Positions 31,918 through 42,027 of a stretch of DNA of 64,000 nucleotides are shown in pieces; position 1 is the stretch's first letter; every line of letters begins with the position of its first letter. The notes under the pieces were generated by a model that saw nothing but the letters and a program-made list of their open reading frames with translations, was not told the origin of the DNA and did not search any database. Location: NCBI GenBank assembly GCA_965218425.1, contig OZ244621.1, positions 768,001-832,000 of the forward strand. Direction: 5' to 3'. Source of the DNA: an uncultured Candidatus Binatia bacterium (GTDB lineage Bacteria > Desulfobacterota > Binatia > UBA9968 > CAXXLF01). A program made the translations under genes and the position numbers.

Positions 31918-33522
31918 ATGGCCGATCAAGAATGGGATGTCATCCTTATCGGGGCAGGTCAAAACAACTTCGCTCTGGGCACTTATCTCGGACTGGCCGG
32001 CCTAAAGACGGTCATCTGCGAGAGCCGGCTTGAGAATGGGGGTAGACTTTCCAGCGAAGAGCTGACGATACCCGGGTACTGGCACAACACGTTGACATAC
32101 TTTCAGGACAAGCGCGACATTTCGCCAGTGTGGAAAGAACTCAACTGGGAGGAGGGGCACCACGCGGAGTTCATTTCTCCACCCGTGATCAGCTCGTTGC
32201 TATTGCCAGATGGTCAATCGATCTCCCACCACCAGTCTTTGGAGGCTACCGTTGCGTCCATTAGGGAATTTTCGGCCAAAGACGCTGATACCTGGCGCAA
32301 CACCCACGATCGATTTAACCAATATATTCGCCACACTCTGATCCCCACCTACTACCAACCTCCTGGGGTTAACGGATCGCCCGGTCAATTTCTAGGAACC
32401 GATGAGGTGTCGCAGGAATTTAAACGCCTAGCTGAAAAGACACCGAAACATGTGGTGGATGAACTGTTTGAAAACGACGCCGTCAAGATTTTGGTCCTGA
32501 GCCAGATGGCAATTCCCCGCGGTGTCGGAATCGACTATGAGGGTGGAGGAGTGGAGGTGCTGACAATGATCGCCGGCGACGAGAAACCGGAACTTGCCCG
32601 TGGCGGGTCGCACTCCATTGCCCAGGTGCTCCAGAGGGCCTATGTGCGCCGGGGTGGGCAGATTCGAGCGGTCCATCACGTTGAAAAGATTCTGGTGGAG
32701 AACGGCCGTGCCGTGGGTGTCCGGCTGAGCGACGGGCGGGAATGGCAGGCAAAGCTCGCCGTCATCTCCAACGTGGATCCTCAATCGACCTTCATCGACA
32801 TGATCGGCGAGGAAAAGCTTCCCAGAGAGTTCGTCGATAAGGTCAAAGGGATTCAGCTCGATGAGTTCACCTACTTTCAGGTCCATCTCGCCCTCAAAAA
32901 CCCGATTCGTTATGCGATTCATGAGGCCAATGATCCGGCAGTTCGTCAGGCGATGAACGTGAACTTCGGTCCAGTGAAACCGGGAGACCTCGAAGGGATG
33001 TGGGCGGAAATCCGCGCCGGCGAGTTCCCGAGCCATCACTGTTTTCATATCTCAGCCCCCACCCAACTGGATCCCCTTCATGCCCCCTCGAGTAAACATA
33101 CCGCATCGCTGTTCATGCCGGTGCCCTTTGAATTGAAGGGTAAGAAACCGGAAGACTGGGTGAAGCTAAAAAATAGCTTCATGGATAGAGTCCTCGCCGA
33201 CTGGCGCAGGGTCGCGACCAACCTCACTGACGAGAACATCGAGATGAAGGTCGCCCTCGATCCATTTTACCTTTCAGGTCGGTGGAGAAATATGCGCCGC
33301 GGATCGGTCTGGGTGGCGCGCAAGATTCCTTCCCAGATGAATGCAAATCGACCCATTCCGGAACTGGCTAACTACCGGACTCCCATTGATGGGCTCTATC
33401 AAGTGGGGGTTGCGACTCACCCGGCAGATGCGGTCATTGCAGGCTCAGGCCGCAATGCCTGGCAGATCATTAAAGATGACCTGAAGCTGGACATCACCAG
33501 TCCAAATCAGGAGATGGGCTGA
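31918..33522 (+). CDS. Phytoene-dehydrogenase-like FAD oxidoreductase A (divergent motifs)
   Basis: IGAGQNN, DPLHAP and YRTPIDGLYQVG..THP motifs. Confidence 0.85.
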   Translation: MADQEWDVILIGAGQNNFALGTYLGLAGLKTVICESRLENGGRLSSEELTIPGYWHNTLTYFQDKRDISPVWKELNWEEGHHAEFISPPVISSLLLPDGQSISHHQSLEATVASIREFSAKDADTWRNTHDRFNQYIRHTLIPTYYQPPGVNGSPGQFLGTDEVSQEFKRLAEKTPKHVVDELFENDAVKILVLSQMAIPRGVGIDYEGGGVEVLTMIAGDEKPELARGGSHSIAQVLQRAYVRRGGQIRAVHHVEKILVENGRAVGVRLSDGREWQAKLAVISNVDPQSTFIDMIGEEKLPREFVDKVKGIQLDEFTYFQVHLALKNPIRYAIHEANDPAVRQAMNVNFGPVKPGDLEGMWAEIRAGEFPSHHCFHISAPTQLDPLHAPSSKHTASLFMPVPFELKGKKPEDWVKLKNSFMDRVLADWRRVATNLTDENIEMKVALDPFYLSGRWRNMRRGSVWVARKIPSQMNANRPIPELANYRTPIDGLYQVGVATHPADAVIAGSGRNAWQIIKDDLKLDITSPNQEMG

Positions 33523-33532
33523 GGAGTCTTTC

Positions 33533-35155
33533 ATGGATAAAATTTTCGATTACGATGGGGTTGTCATTGGCGCAGGTCATAACGGAATGATTTGCGGCGG
33601 TTACCTGGGAAAATCGGGTCAAAAGGTCCTAGTGGTTGAGAAAAACATGGAGGTGGGCGGTGGCCTGGACTCCCATGAAGACCGAAATTACCCGGGCTTC
33701 TGGCATAACATTCACTCGGTTTTTCACCGCGGCCTGATGATGCTGCCATGGTTTGAAGATCTCGAGCTAGAGACCATGGGGATCCATTACTACCGGCCTG
33801 ATCCCGGTGTGGTGCACCATTTCTTGGATAAATCCTACCTCGGCTGGTTCGCCGATGTGGACCGCACGATGGCAACAATCCAGCAGTTTTCTAAAAAAGA
33901 TGCCGCTACCTTCAAGGAGATTTGGACCCGCTGGCAGCCCGTGGTGAATAATATTATTTTTCCTGAGACCTACTCGCCCCCGGTATCGCTGGAGGAAAAA
34001 CGTCCTCTCCTCGAGAAACTCCCAGAGGGGCGCGAATACCTTAAATACTTCGATACCACTCCACAGGAATTCATTCTCACCCACTTCGAACATCCACGCG
34101 TCCAGGCCTTCATTGGCTTCCTCGGCGTGATGCGAGGCTACGAATTGGACGGACGGAGAACGGGTTATCTGATCCCCGCCATGATCGCCTGGGGCGTGAA
34201 TCCGCAGCTCTGCCGAGGCACCTCGCATGCCCTGGGTGACAATCTCGCCCACATGCTCTCGCACAATGGCATCGACTACATCGAAGCTGTTGGAGTCGAA
34301 CGTATCCTGATTAAGGAAGGGCGAGCCACGGGTGTCGTTCTTGAAGATGGGACGATGGTCAGGGCGCATCGGTTTATCGCGTCCAACGTGAACCCTGTGG
34401 AGACTTTCATAAAGCTCGTGGGTCGTGAGAATCTCACTCCAGACTTTGCTGATAAGGCCGAAAACTTCCAGTTTTCGAAAACAACACCTATCTTTGCCGT
34501 CAATCTCGCGTTGAACGAGCGTCCAAAGTACCTAACCGAAGAGGAGCATCCGGAGGTGGCCGGCTCATTCATGCACATCGTCGGTCTAGACAACTACGAA
34601 GACCTCAAGAACCTTTTTGAAGACTGCCGCACCGGACAGCTTCCCCGAAAACCATTTATGAATGGGGCGACACCATCATTTCACGACCCGACGCAGGCGC
34701 CCCCAGGCAAGGCCACGGCCTTTATGTGGCAGCTGGCACCCTACAACCTGAACGGCAATCCGCTGAATTGGGACAGGGTTCGCCGCGAGTGGTTCGAGAA
34801 ACAACTTGCGGTGTGGCAGAAATATGCGCCCAATCTAACCGAAGAGAACATCCTGTCAAAAGATTCGACCACGCCCCTCGATATCGAGCGGCACGACAAG
34901 AACATGTACTGCGGTGACTGGATGATCGGGGAGTACACGGGGGCTCAGGCCCTGGAAAATCGACCGTTTCCAGGATGGTCACAGCACCGTACACCCATCA
35001 AAGGTCTCTATCTGTGCGGCTCTTCCTGTCACCCGGGTGGCAACATCACCGGTGCGCCGGGTTATAACGCTGCCAAGATTATCGGGGAAGACCTGGGCAT
35101 CCATCCATGGTGGAAACCGATAGATTTCAAATCACGCCTGGCTGGGCTCCGGTAG
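33533..35155 (+). CDS. Phytoene-dehydrogenase-like FAD oxidoreductase B
   Basis: IGAGHNG, DPTQAPPG and RTPIKGLYLCGSSCHPGGNITGAPGYNAA motifs. Confidence 0.9.
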   Translation: MDKIFDYDGVVIGAGHNGMICGGYLGKSGQKVLVVEKNMEVGGGLDSHEDRNYPGFWHNIHSVFHRGLMMLPWFEDLELETMGIHYYRPDPGVVHHFLDKSYLGWFADVDRTMATIQQFSKKDAATFKEIWTRWQPVVNNIIFPETYSPPVSLEEKRPLLEKLPEGREYLKYFDTTPQEFILTHFEHPRVQAFIGFLGVMRGYELDGRRTGYLIPAMIAWGVNPQLCRGTSHALGDNLAHMLSHNGIDYIEAVGVERILIKEGRATGVVLEDGTMVRAHRFIASNVNPVETFIKLVGRENLTPDFADKAENFQFSKTTPIFAVNLALNERPKYLTEEEHPEVAGSFMHIVGLDNYEDLKNLFEDCRTGQLPRKPFMNGATPSFHDPTQAPPGKATAFMWQLAPYNLNGNPLNWDRVRREWFEKQLAVWQKYAPNLTEENILSKDSTTPLDIERHDKNMYCGDWMIGEYTGAQALENRPFPGWSQHRTPIKGLYLCGSSCHPGGNITGAPGYNAAKIIGEDLGIHPWWKPIDFKSRLAGLR

Positions 35156-35162
35156 GAACACT

Positions 35163-35906
35163 ATGAGACTGGAAAGCAAAGTAGCAATTGTAACCGGCGG
35201 AGCACGTAATATCGGCGCCGTCTATGCTAAGCGGCTGGCGGCCGAGGGTGCCAAAGTAGTCATTGCCGATGTCTTGGACGGCATTGAGGTCGTCAAAGAA
35301 ATCGAGCAGACAAAGGGGGAAGCCCTCAGCCTGACGGTCGATGTCTCAAAGGAAGAGGACACGGTTCACATGGCCCAGGAAACAGTCAAGCGCTTTGGCG
35401 GCATCGATATTCTGGTAAACAACGCGGCGATTTTTCTGAGCATCAACCGGCGTCCTTTTTACGAGCTCTCATCGGAAGAATGGGATCAGGTCACCTCGGT
35501 GAATATCAAGGGACCCTTCCTGTGCGCCAAAGCGGTCTTTTCACAGATGAAGAATCAAGGGAGCGGGAAAATCATCAACATATCCTCCTCCACGGCACTG
35601 CAAGGCACTCCCCTCTTCCTGCATTATGTGGCCTTCAAGGCAACGCTCATCGGAATGACCAGGTCTCTGGCAAGAGAGTTGGGAGAATATGGAATATGCG
35701 TCAATGCCATTGCCCCAGGTCTGGTGGAGCACGAAGGGCAAACCGCACCCAAAGCGTTCACCGAGTTTCAGCTGAAGGTTAGATCACTCAAGAGGCTCGA
35801 AACCCCGGATGATTTAATCGGGACCCTCGTTTACCTGGCCTCCTTAGACAGCGACTTCGTCACGGGACAAACCATCGTCGTGGACGGTGGGAGCATTTTT
35901 CACTGA
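35163..35906 (+). CDS. SDR-family oxidoreductase
   Basis: TGGARNIG, LVNNAA, YxxxK and VNAIAPG motifs. Confidence 0.92.
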   Translation: MRLESKVAIVTGGARNIGAVYAKRLAAEGAKVVIADVLDGIEVVKEIEQTKGEALSLTVDVSKEEDTVHMAQETVKRFGGIDILVNNAAIFLSINRRPFYELSSEEWDQVTSVNIKGPFLCAKAVFSQMKNQGSGKIINISSSTALQGTPLFLHYVAFKATLIGMTRSLARELGEYGICVNAIAPGLVEHEGQTAPKAFTEFQLKVRSLKRLETPDDLIGTLVYLASLDSDFVTGQTIVVDGGSIFH

Positions 35907-35913
35907 GACAACG

Positions 35914-37359
35914 ATGCCAAAAAATTTAAGAACCTTCCTCGAAGACATGCGCCAGGAAAATCCCGGGGAAGTGATTCATATCTCCAAGGTGGTCAATCCT
36001 TCCAAACATGATATCAGCGCAATCATCGAGCACCTTGCGGCGCAAAAGAAATTTCCCATCCTGGTTTTCGAGCAGCCGCTTAACCTCCATGGGCAGACAA
36101 ACAATTTCAAGCTCATCATGAACTGCGAGGTCTCGCTCAGAAAGATCCAAGTCGCGCTTGGAGTGCCGAGGGATATGAATCGTGCGGAACTGGCCATCGA
36201 ATGCTTAAGGAGAGAAGAAAACAAGAGAGATCCCATTGTCATTAATAAAAGCGAAGCTCCCGTTAAAGAGGTGATTCACTCGGGTGCAGACGTGGACCTC
36301 TTTGATTTGCCGGTCATGCGGCACCACGAAATGGACGGTGGCCCTTACATCGATATGTCCAGTGTAGGTAGAGACCGGGAGACCGGTGTCTACAATGTTT
36401 CCTTCCACCGTATGGAGCTCAAGGACCGTAACCACACGGGATTTTTACTCTCGTTGCAACACATGTGGCGAATCTTTAAAGCGTACGAGGAACACGGCGA
36501 GGAATGCCCGGTTGCAACCGTGACCGGCCACCATCCCGCTTACCAGATGGGAGCCTGCTACAAAGGCCTATCTGAGATCAGCGAATACGAGGTCATCGGG
36601 GGCTATCTTCAAGAACCGTTACGTCTGACAGCCTCGGAGACCTTTGGAGACAAGCTATTGGTCCCAGCAGACGCCGAAATCGTGATTGAAGGCGCCCTAT
36701 TGCCCGGCAAACGAGTTGTGGAGGGACCCTTCGGAGAGGTTCACGGCTACATGGGGCCTCAGGGATTTCAACAGTCTCCCATGTACGAGATTCGAGCAAT
36801 CACGTACCGCAAGGACGCCATGCATCAGTCGGTTATTACTCCGGCAGGTGACAAACCCTGGATGGACCTGGCGCGCGAGGGGGCCTATTTGCGGCGCTGC
36901 CAAGAAGCGGTCCCAGGTGTCAACGCGGTCTGCAAAAATGGCCGCCACGCCCTGCTCAATGTCTTCATCTCAATGAAAAAGATGTCCGAGGGCGACCCGG
37001 GCCGGGCGGCAGCGGCAGCCTTGAGTTTCGACCAATGCAAGAACGTGTTCATTTTCGACGACGACATCGACGTCTACAACCCTACCGAGATTCTCTGGGC
37101 CTTGGCCACCCGGGTGCAACCCCACCGGCAGGTTTCCATCATCAAGGAGATTATGAGAGGACCCCTCGTGGATCCTTCAATGACGGACGGATTCAAATCC
37201 TCGGCCATGATTGTCGACGCTACCCGCCCTTTGGACCGTCCCTTCTCACAGGTCTCTAAATGCCCTGATGATGCCCGCGCCCGGATTCGACTTGAGGACT
37301 ATATCCCCAAAGATTTGCTCGACAGAATACCCCTTGACCGGACTACCTATTGGGGTTGA
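35914..37359 (+). CDS. UbiD-family (de)carboxylase #3
   Basis: DGGPYI, FHRME, EGPFGE, DDDIDV and VDATRP motifs. Confidence 0.92.
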   Translation: MPKNLRTFLEDMRQENPGEVIHISKVVNPSKHDISAIIEHLAAQKKFPILVFEQPLNLHGQTNNFKLIMNCEVSLRKIQVALGVPRDMNRAELAIECLRREENKRDPIVINKSEAPVKEVIHSGADVDLFDLPVMRHHEMDGGPYIDMSSVGRDRETGVYNVSFHRMELKDRNHTGFLLSLQHMWRIFKAYEEHGEECPVATVTGHHPAYQMGACYKGLSEISEYEVIGGYLQEPLRLTASETFGDKLLVPADAEIVIEGALLPGKRVVEGPFGEVHGYMGPQGFQQSPMYEIRAITYRKDAMHQSVITPAGDKPWMDLAREGAYLRRCQEAVPGVNAVCKNGRHALLNVFISMKKMSEGDPGRAAAAALSFDQCKNVFIFDDDIDVYNPTEILWALATRVQPHRQVSIIKEIMRGPLVDPSMTDGFKSSAMIVDATRPLDRPFSQVSKCPDDARARIRLEDYIPKDLLDRIPLDRTTYWG

Positions 37360-37430
37360 ATTCTCATCATAGGCCCCGCCCTGTACACTGGAAGTTGAAT
37401 TCAATGGCCTGAAGGTTATTCTTACATCTC

Positions 37431-38354
37431 ATGATCGTTGAAGCTCATAGTGTTTCAAAACAGTTTGGGGACAGATTTGCCGTGAAGGATCTAAACCTTG
37501 AGGTGCCGCCCGGTGTCTGTTTTGGACTCCTGGGACCCAACGGGGCGGGAAAAACCACCACCATGCGCATGCTCTACGGCGTCACCCGTCCAACAAAGGG
37601 AAAGATCCTGGTGTTCGGCATCGACATCGCCCAGAACCCGCGCAGGGTAAAGTCCCGCTTAGGGGTGACTCTCCAGCAGAACGTCCACATTGAAGCCCTG
37701 TCACCTGAAGAAAACCTCCGCGTGTTTGGACGGTATCACTTGATGCGAGAGCCCGAGCTCTCCCGGCGGGTTGACGACCTCATGGATTTTCTCGAGCTCA
37801 GGTCCCACGCAAAGATGCCCGTCAGACAGCTCTCGGGGGGATTTCAACGGCGTCTGGCCATTGCTCTCTCTCTCATGAACCGACCGGAACTCCTCATCCT
37901 CGACGAACCCACCACAGGGTTGGATCCGGCCGTGCGTCTTGCCCTCTGGTCTCGCATACGAGAGTTACAGGCCCGAGGCACCACAGTCCTGTTAACCACA
38001 CATTACATGGACGAGGCCCAGCGTCTCTGCGACCAGGTGGCTGTCATCTCCGCCGGAAAAGTCATCCAAGAGGGCAGACCCAGCGAGCTGATTACCACAC
38101 ACCTGGCTAGGGAAACCGTAGAGTTGGACTGCGATCCTGAGGAAGAGTCCATTTTTCTCGACGGCACCGTATCACCGCCCCGTCGTCTCCGTGTCGGCAA
38201 TCGCATCATGGTCTACATAGACGACGCCACCCCCTTTATTGACCGTATCCGCGACCAGGACCGGGGAGACCGCAGGACACTGGTGGTCCGACCCACCAAC
38301 CTCGAAGACGTATTCCTCGCTCTCACCGGTACCAGCCTGGAGGGGGCCTTGTGA
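37431..38354 (+). CDS. ABC-2 exporter ATP-binding protein
   Basis: GPNGAGKTT, LSGG, LDEPTTGLDP and TTHYMDEA motifs. Confidence 0.93.
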   Translation: MIVEAHSVSKQFGDRFAVKDLNLEVPPGVCFGLLGPNGAGKTTTMRMLYGVTRPTKGKILVFGIDIAQNPRRVKSRLGVTLQQNVHIEALSPEENLRVFGRYHLMREPELSRRVDDLMDFLELRSHAKMPVRQLSGGFQRRLAIALSLMNRPELLILDEPTTGLDPAVRLALWSRIRELQARGTTVLLTTHYMDEAQRLCDQVAVISAGKVIQEGRPSELITTHLARETVELDCDPEEESIFLDGTVSPPRRLRVGNRIMVYIDDATPFIDRIRDQDRGDRRTLVVRPTNLEDVFLALTGTSLEGAL

Positions 38355-39118
38355 GCGTTTCCCTTTCACACGCGCTATCGGTCTGGCGGCGCGATGCGGC
38401 CATGTACCGCCGCACCTGGAAGTTGAATATCTTGCCAAACTTTTTTGAACCTGTGCTCTATCTTCTTTCCATCGGCATTGGTGTGGGAGCGTACATTTCA
38501 GAAATGGGCGGCATGTCATACATTGAGTTTCTCGCGCCCGGCCTCGTGTGTGTCGCTGCAATGAACGGTGCCAGCTTTGAATCGACTTACAATATTTATG
38601 TACGCCTTACCTTCGAGAAGGCCTATGACGCCATGCTCACAACACCCCTAGAGACTGACGACATCCTTTGCGGCGAGGTGTTTTGGGCCATCACACGGAC
38701 GTGTATTTACGGCGGATGCTTCTTCTTTGTACTCGCCCTGGTTGGGCTCGCGCCGCTCCCGTCCTCGCTCCTGGTGCTTCTCCTGATACCCCTCACGGGG
38801 CTCCTCTTCGCAGCCATCGGGATTACATTCACTCTTAAAATACCCAACATCGATCTTTTCAGCTTTTATTTCACTCTGTTCCTGACACCGCTCTTCCTGT
38901 TTTCCGGCGTGTTTTTCCCCCTCGAGGAACGATTGTCGGAAGGCTGGCTCTGGGTCGCGGAGGTCCTGCCGCTGCTCCACCCCGTACGCCTGGCCCGGGC
39001 TGCCTTTCGAGGCGAGTGGTCGTCCATCCTTTTGTGGGACCTCGCCTACCTGTTCACTGTTTCCGCATTGCTCCTTGCCTGGACGCGCCGATCGGTGCGG
39101 CAACGGTTGACAAACTAA
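38351..39118 (+). CDS. ABC-2 exporter permease (NodJ-like)
   Basis: EPVLYL, FLAPGL and FLFSGVFFP motifs; overlaps the ATPase stop codon. Confidence 0.9.
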   Translation: MSVSLSHALSVWRRDAAMYRRTWKLNILPNFFEPVLYLLSIGIGVGAYISEMGGMSYIEFLAPGLVCVAAMNGASFESTYNIYVRLTFEKAYDAMLTTPLETDDILCGEVFWAITRTCIYGGCFFFVLALVGLAPLPSSLLVLLLIPLTGLLFAAIGITFTLKIPNIDLFSFYFTLFLTPLFLFSGVFFPLEERLSEGWLWVAEVLPLLHPVRLARAAFRGEWSSILLWDLAYLFTVSALLLAWTRRSVRQRLTN

Positions 39119-39343
39119 GACAGGACTGGAAAAAGATGACTCGCGCAAAGGCACAATCGAACTCAGTACTGAGTAAGTAAAGATGAGAATCAAGAATAGA
39201 GAATCGAAGATTGAAGATCGAAAAAAGGCTGAAAGAGAGATTCGAACGCTATGCGCTATGCCGCTAACAATCCGCGTAAGTCTGCGTGAATCAGCGGTTA
39301 AGTTTTCAGTGAGTAATTCATTTGCATTGAACGGAGGAAAAGG

Positions 39344-40732
39344 ATGGGCGTCACTGCAGAAATCGTAGGTTTCGTATGCAAGACCAAATTCAACGACGTT
39401 CCCGAGGATGTGATTCGCTTGGCCAGAGGGTTCGCGCTGGACGGTTTGGGAGTGATCTTGTCCGGCTCCACAGAACGGGGATCAAAGATTCTTCACAACT
39501 ACGTCCGACAGATGGGAGGAAAAAAGGAATGCACGGTTTTCGGCGCAAGATTTAAGGCCCCCGCTCCCAAGGCCGCGTTGTCCAACGGCGTCTCGGGTCA
39601 CGCCATGGACTACGACGACACCCAACTGTCCACTTCGAAGGAGGCGGTTTACGGATTGTTGACCCATCCCACGACACCGGTTCTTTCCTCCGCGCTGGCC
39701 ATTGCGGAACGGCTCAAGAGCTCAGGGAAAGATTTCCTGCTTGCGTATATCATGGGTGTGGAGGCCGAGTGCAGGATTGCCGATGCCATCAATCCGCGCC
39801 ACTACCAAGCCGGCTTTCATACCACGGCAACCATAGGCGGGCTCGGCGCCACCGTCGCCGCGGGAAAGCTTCTCAGATTGAATGAAGAAGCGATGGAACG
39901 GGCCATGGCATTAGGAGGGAGCATGGCCTCCGGGTTGCGGGAAAACTTCGGCACCATGACCAAGCCCCTCCATGCCGGTAGATCCGCGGAAAATGGGGTA
40001 ACGGCGGCCCAATTGGCCAAGAAGGGATTTACTTCGGCCAAGGGTATCCTGGAGGCAAAGAGAGGTCTCTTCAACGCCATGGCGGGGGGATTCGACGAGT
40101 CGAAAATTTCTGGTCAGCTTGGAAATCCCTATTTCATGCAAGATCCAGGGATATCCATCAAGCCGTATCCCTCAGGCTCGTTGTCCCACCCCGCTCAGGA
40201 CCTCATTTTGGACATGGTCAACGAGCATGGCATCAACGCGGGCGATATTGAAACCATCGACGTTGGCACGAACTCCAATGTGCCAAATGCCCTCATCTAT
40301 CCAATGCCCGTCACCGCCCTGGAAGGTAAATTCAGCATCCCTTTTTGTATGGCCGTCGGCGTGCTGGAGCGAAAGGCGGGCATCGCTCAATTCACGGATC
40401 GAAAGGTACGGGAGCCCAAAGTCGTGGAGATGATGAAACGGGTCACCCTCTATGTAGACGACGAGTTGGAAGCCCTTGGCTACGACCAGGTGCGCTCACG
40501 CATTCGCATCAAGCTAAAGGACGGACGCACTGTTGAGGGCAGAGCCGACGTGGCTAAAGGCCATCCCTTGAAACCCATGAGCTGGGAGGACTTGGGAGAG
40601 AAGTTTCGCGACTGCGGACGCCTGATTCTGCCCCGGCGTAACGTGGATGGAGCCATCAATCTCGTTGGACAACTGGAACGCGAGCGAAACCTCTTGCCGT
40701 TAATCCGCCTTTTAGCGGCGGGCAAGAGATAA
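39344..40732 (+). CDS. MmgE/PrpD family protein
   Basis: HAMDYDD, GFHTT, TKPLHAG and KFSIPF motifs. Confidence 0.92.
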   Translation: MGVTAEIVGFVCKTKFNDVPEDVIRLARGFALDGLGVILSGSTERGSKILHNYVRQMGGKKECTVFGARFKAPAPKAALSNGVSGHAMDYDDTQLSTSKEAVYGLLTHPTTPVLSSALAIAERLKSSGKDFLLAYIMGVEAECRIADAINPRHYQAGFHTTATIGGLGATVAAGKLLRLNEEAMERAMALGGSMASGLRENFGTMTKPLHAGRSAENGVTAAQLAKKGFTSAKGILEAKRGLFNAMAGGFDESKISGQLGNPYFMQDPGISIKPYPSGSLSHPAQDLILDMVNEHGINAGDIETIDVGTNSNVPNALIYPMPVTALEGKFSIPFCMAVGVLERKAGIAQFTDRKVREPKVVEMMKRVTLYVDDELEALGYDQVRSRIRIKLKDGRTVEGRADVAKGHPLKPMSWEDLGEKFRDCGRLILPRRNVDGAINLVGQLERERNLLPLIRLLAAGKR

Positions 40733-40751
40733 CGTTAGCGTTGAGCAGCCG
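40727..40751 (-). other. attC-like right half (L'-spacer-R')
   Basis: Minus strand CGGCTG-CTCAACG-CTAAC-GTTATCT. Confidence 0.5.
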
Positions 40752-40816
40752 AGTAAGCTCAGAAATCAAATCACCTTTTTGATATTCTCCGCCCGATCCC
40801 TCGCTGTCAGGTGCCA

Positions 40817-41110
40817 TCAGAGCTGATACTTACTGATATCTAGTGCGCCGTGGAAGATTCCTAGCACATCGATGCCACCATCATTTTTGATCGGATATGC
40901 GATGCGGTATGACCGTAGAGGAGAATCCGCACATGGCGGTTCGACGCCCAGTAGCGATGCCCCCATCTCAGGAAAGTTAGCCAACGCCTGTATGCGGTCA
41001 TATATGGCGTTGACGGTATCGTCTGCCGCCTGCGGGTTATCTGCCGCAATGTATTCGAATATGTCCACGAGCCAACGCTGAGCTTTTGCCGTCCAAGTCA
41101 TTTTTGCCAT
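40817..41110 (-). pseudogene. RelE/ParE-family toxin with a frameshift-scrambled core
   Basis: DIFEYIAADNPQAA...FPEMG and YRIAY...GIFHGA; the central GHRY...VRILLYGH segment is out of frame. Confidence 0.75.
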
Positions 41111-41159
41111 GAGCGGATGCGTCGCGCCATCTCACCATTTGAACGGCATCGCGCAGCGC

Positions 41160-41490
41160 GCAGGCGTCATGACCGCCCGCGAGTTAACCATGTAGAATGC
41201 CAGGCTACCAAGCACAAGAGCGCCCTCCACGGCCAGTGCGAGAAGACGGCTAGCCCAACGAGCACACTCCCGAGCTGCGATCTCGTGACGAGGAAATACG
41301 TGATGCCCGCCACCAGGGCCCGGGCAAGAGCGCTTGGAAGGCTGTGAGTGTACGGCATGTAGTAGAGGTCACGGGTGTTGGTCTTCTCGAAACCGGGGAC
41401 AATGCGAACTTTCTCGACGCCCAAGGGGATGAACATACCCCGGAAGACATCCAACGACTGTACGGCGATGAACAGAACTCATAAAGGATG
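41160..41490 (-). pseudogene. Membrane protein / metal-dependent hydrolase-like remnant
   Basis: FIAVQSLDVF, GVEKVRIVPG, YYMPYTHSL and AVFSHW segments, then deletion and frameshift; boundaries approximate. Confidence 0.55.
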
Positions 41491-41514
41491 ATATATTTTT
41501 CGCTCGATTTCTAG

Positions 41515-41903
41515 CTACTGACTCCATCCGGGATCTGGCGCTTCTCGAAATCGTCTCCCGTCCGGGAAAGATGATCGTGGCTCCTCTCGGATCTACCGCA
41601 AACCTCAGGTCAGGCCATGAGGTGTTTTCTGTTACCCACCCCAGAGGCTCGCTATGGAGTTACTCCGAAGGGACCGTTAGTCAGGTCAACCCGAGTCACG
41701 AGTGGGTGAGAGGAATGGGCATCGTCCACCGAGCCGATACAATTCAGACACAAGCCGTGAGTCAAAACGGGAGTTCTGGCGATCCCTTATTTGACGATAA
41801 CGGACAATTTATTGGAGTACTGGTTGGGGGAACTGTTGACGAGCCGAATTTCGCCATGTCCATCGATGAAATCCGCGATTTTGTATTTTCCTCTCTGCAT
41901 TGA
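41515..41903 (+). pseudogene. Trypsin-like serine protease C-terminal fragment
   Basis: RDLALLEI, HPRG, IQTQ, NGSSGDPLFD..GQFIGV; no N-terminal half. Confidence 0.6.
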
Positions 41904-41953
41904 AGCAGTTTAGGCCACCGCTGAGGGTTCACCACCAGCCGCAGAACTATCCC

Positions 41954-42007
41954 GCCTAACGGACGGCAACCCCACTGGTAGAGACAACTCGAACGCGTTT
42001 GTTAGTT
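41954..42007 (-). other. attC-like site (chimeric or degenerate)
   Basis: Minus strand AACTAAC-AAACG-CGTTCGAG...CGTCC-GTTAGGC, starting about 20 nt after the stop codon at 42028. Confidence 0.5.
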
Positions 42008-42027
42008 GGGAAATGGGTTCGAAAGCC

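Noticed and set aside
31918..35155. Carotenoid biosynthesis cluster
   Set aside because: No phytoene synthase, cyclase or GGPP synthase nearby; only fold-level similarity.
37431..39118. Nodulation genes nodIJ
   Set aside because: A generic ABC-2 exporter with no nodABC.
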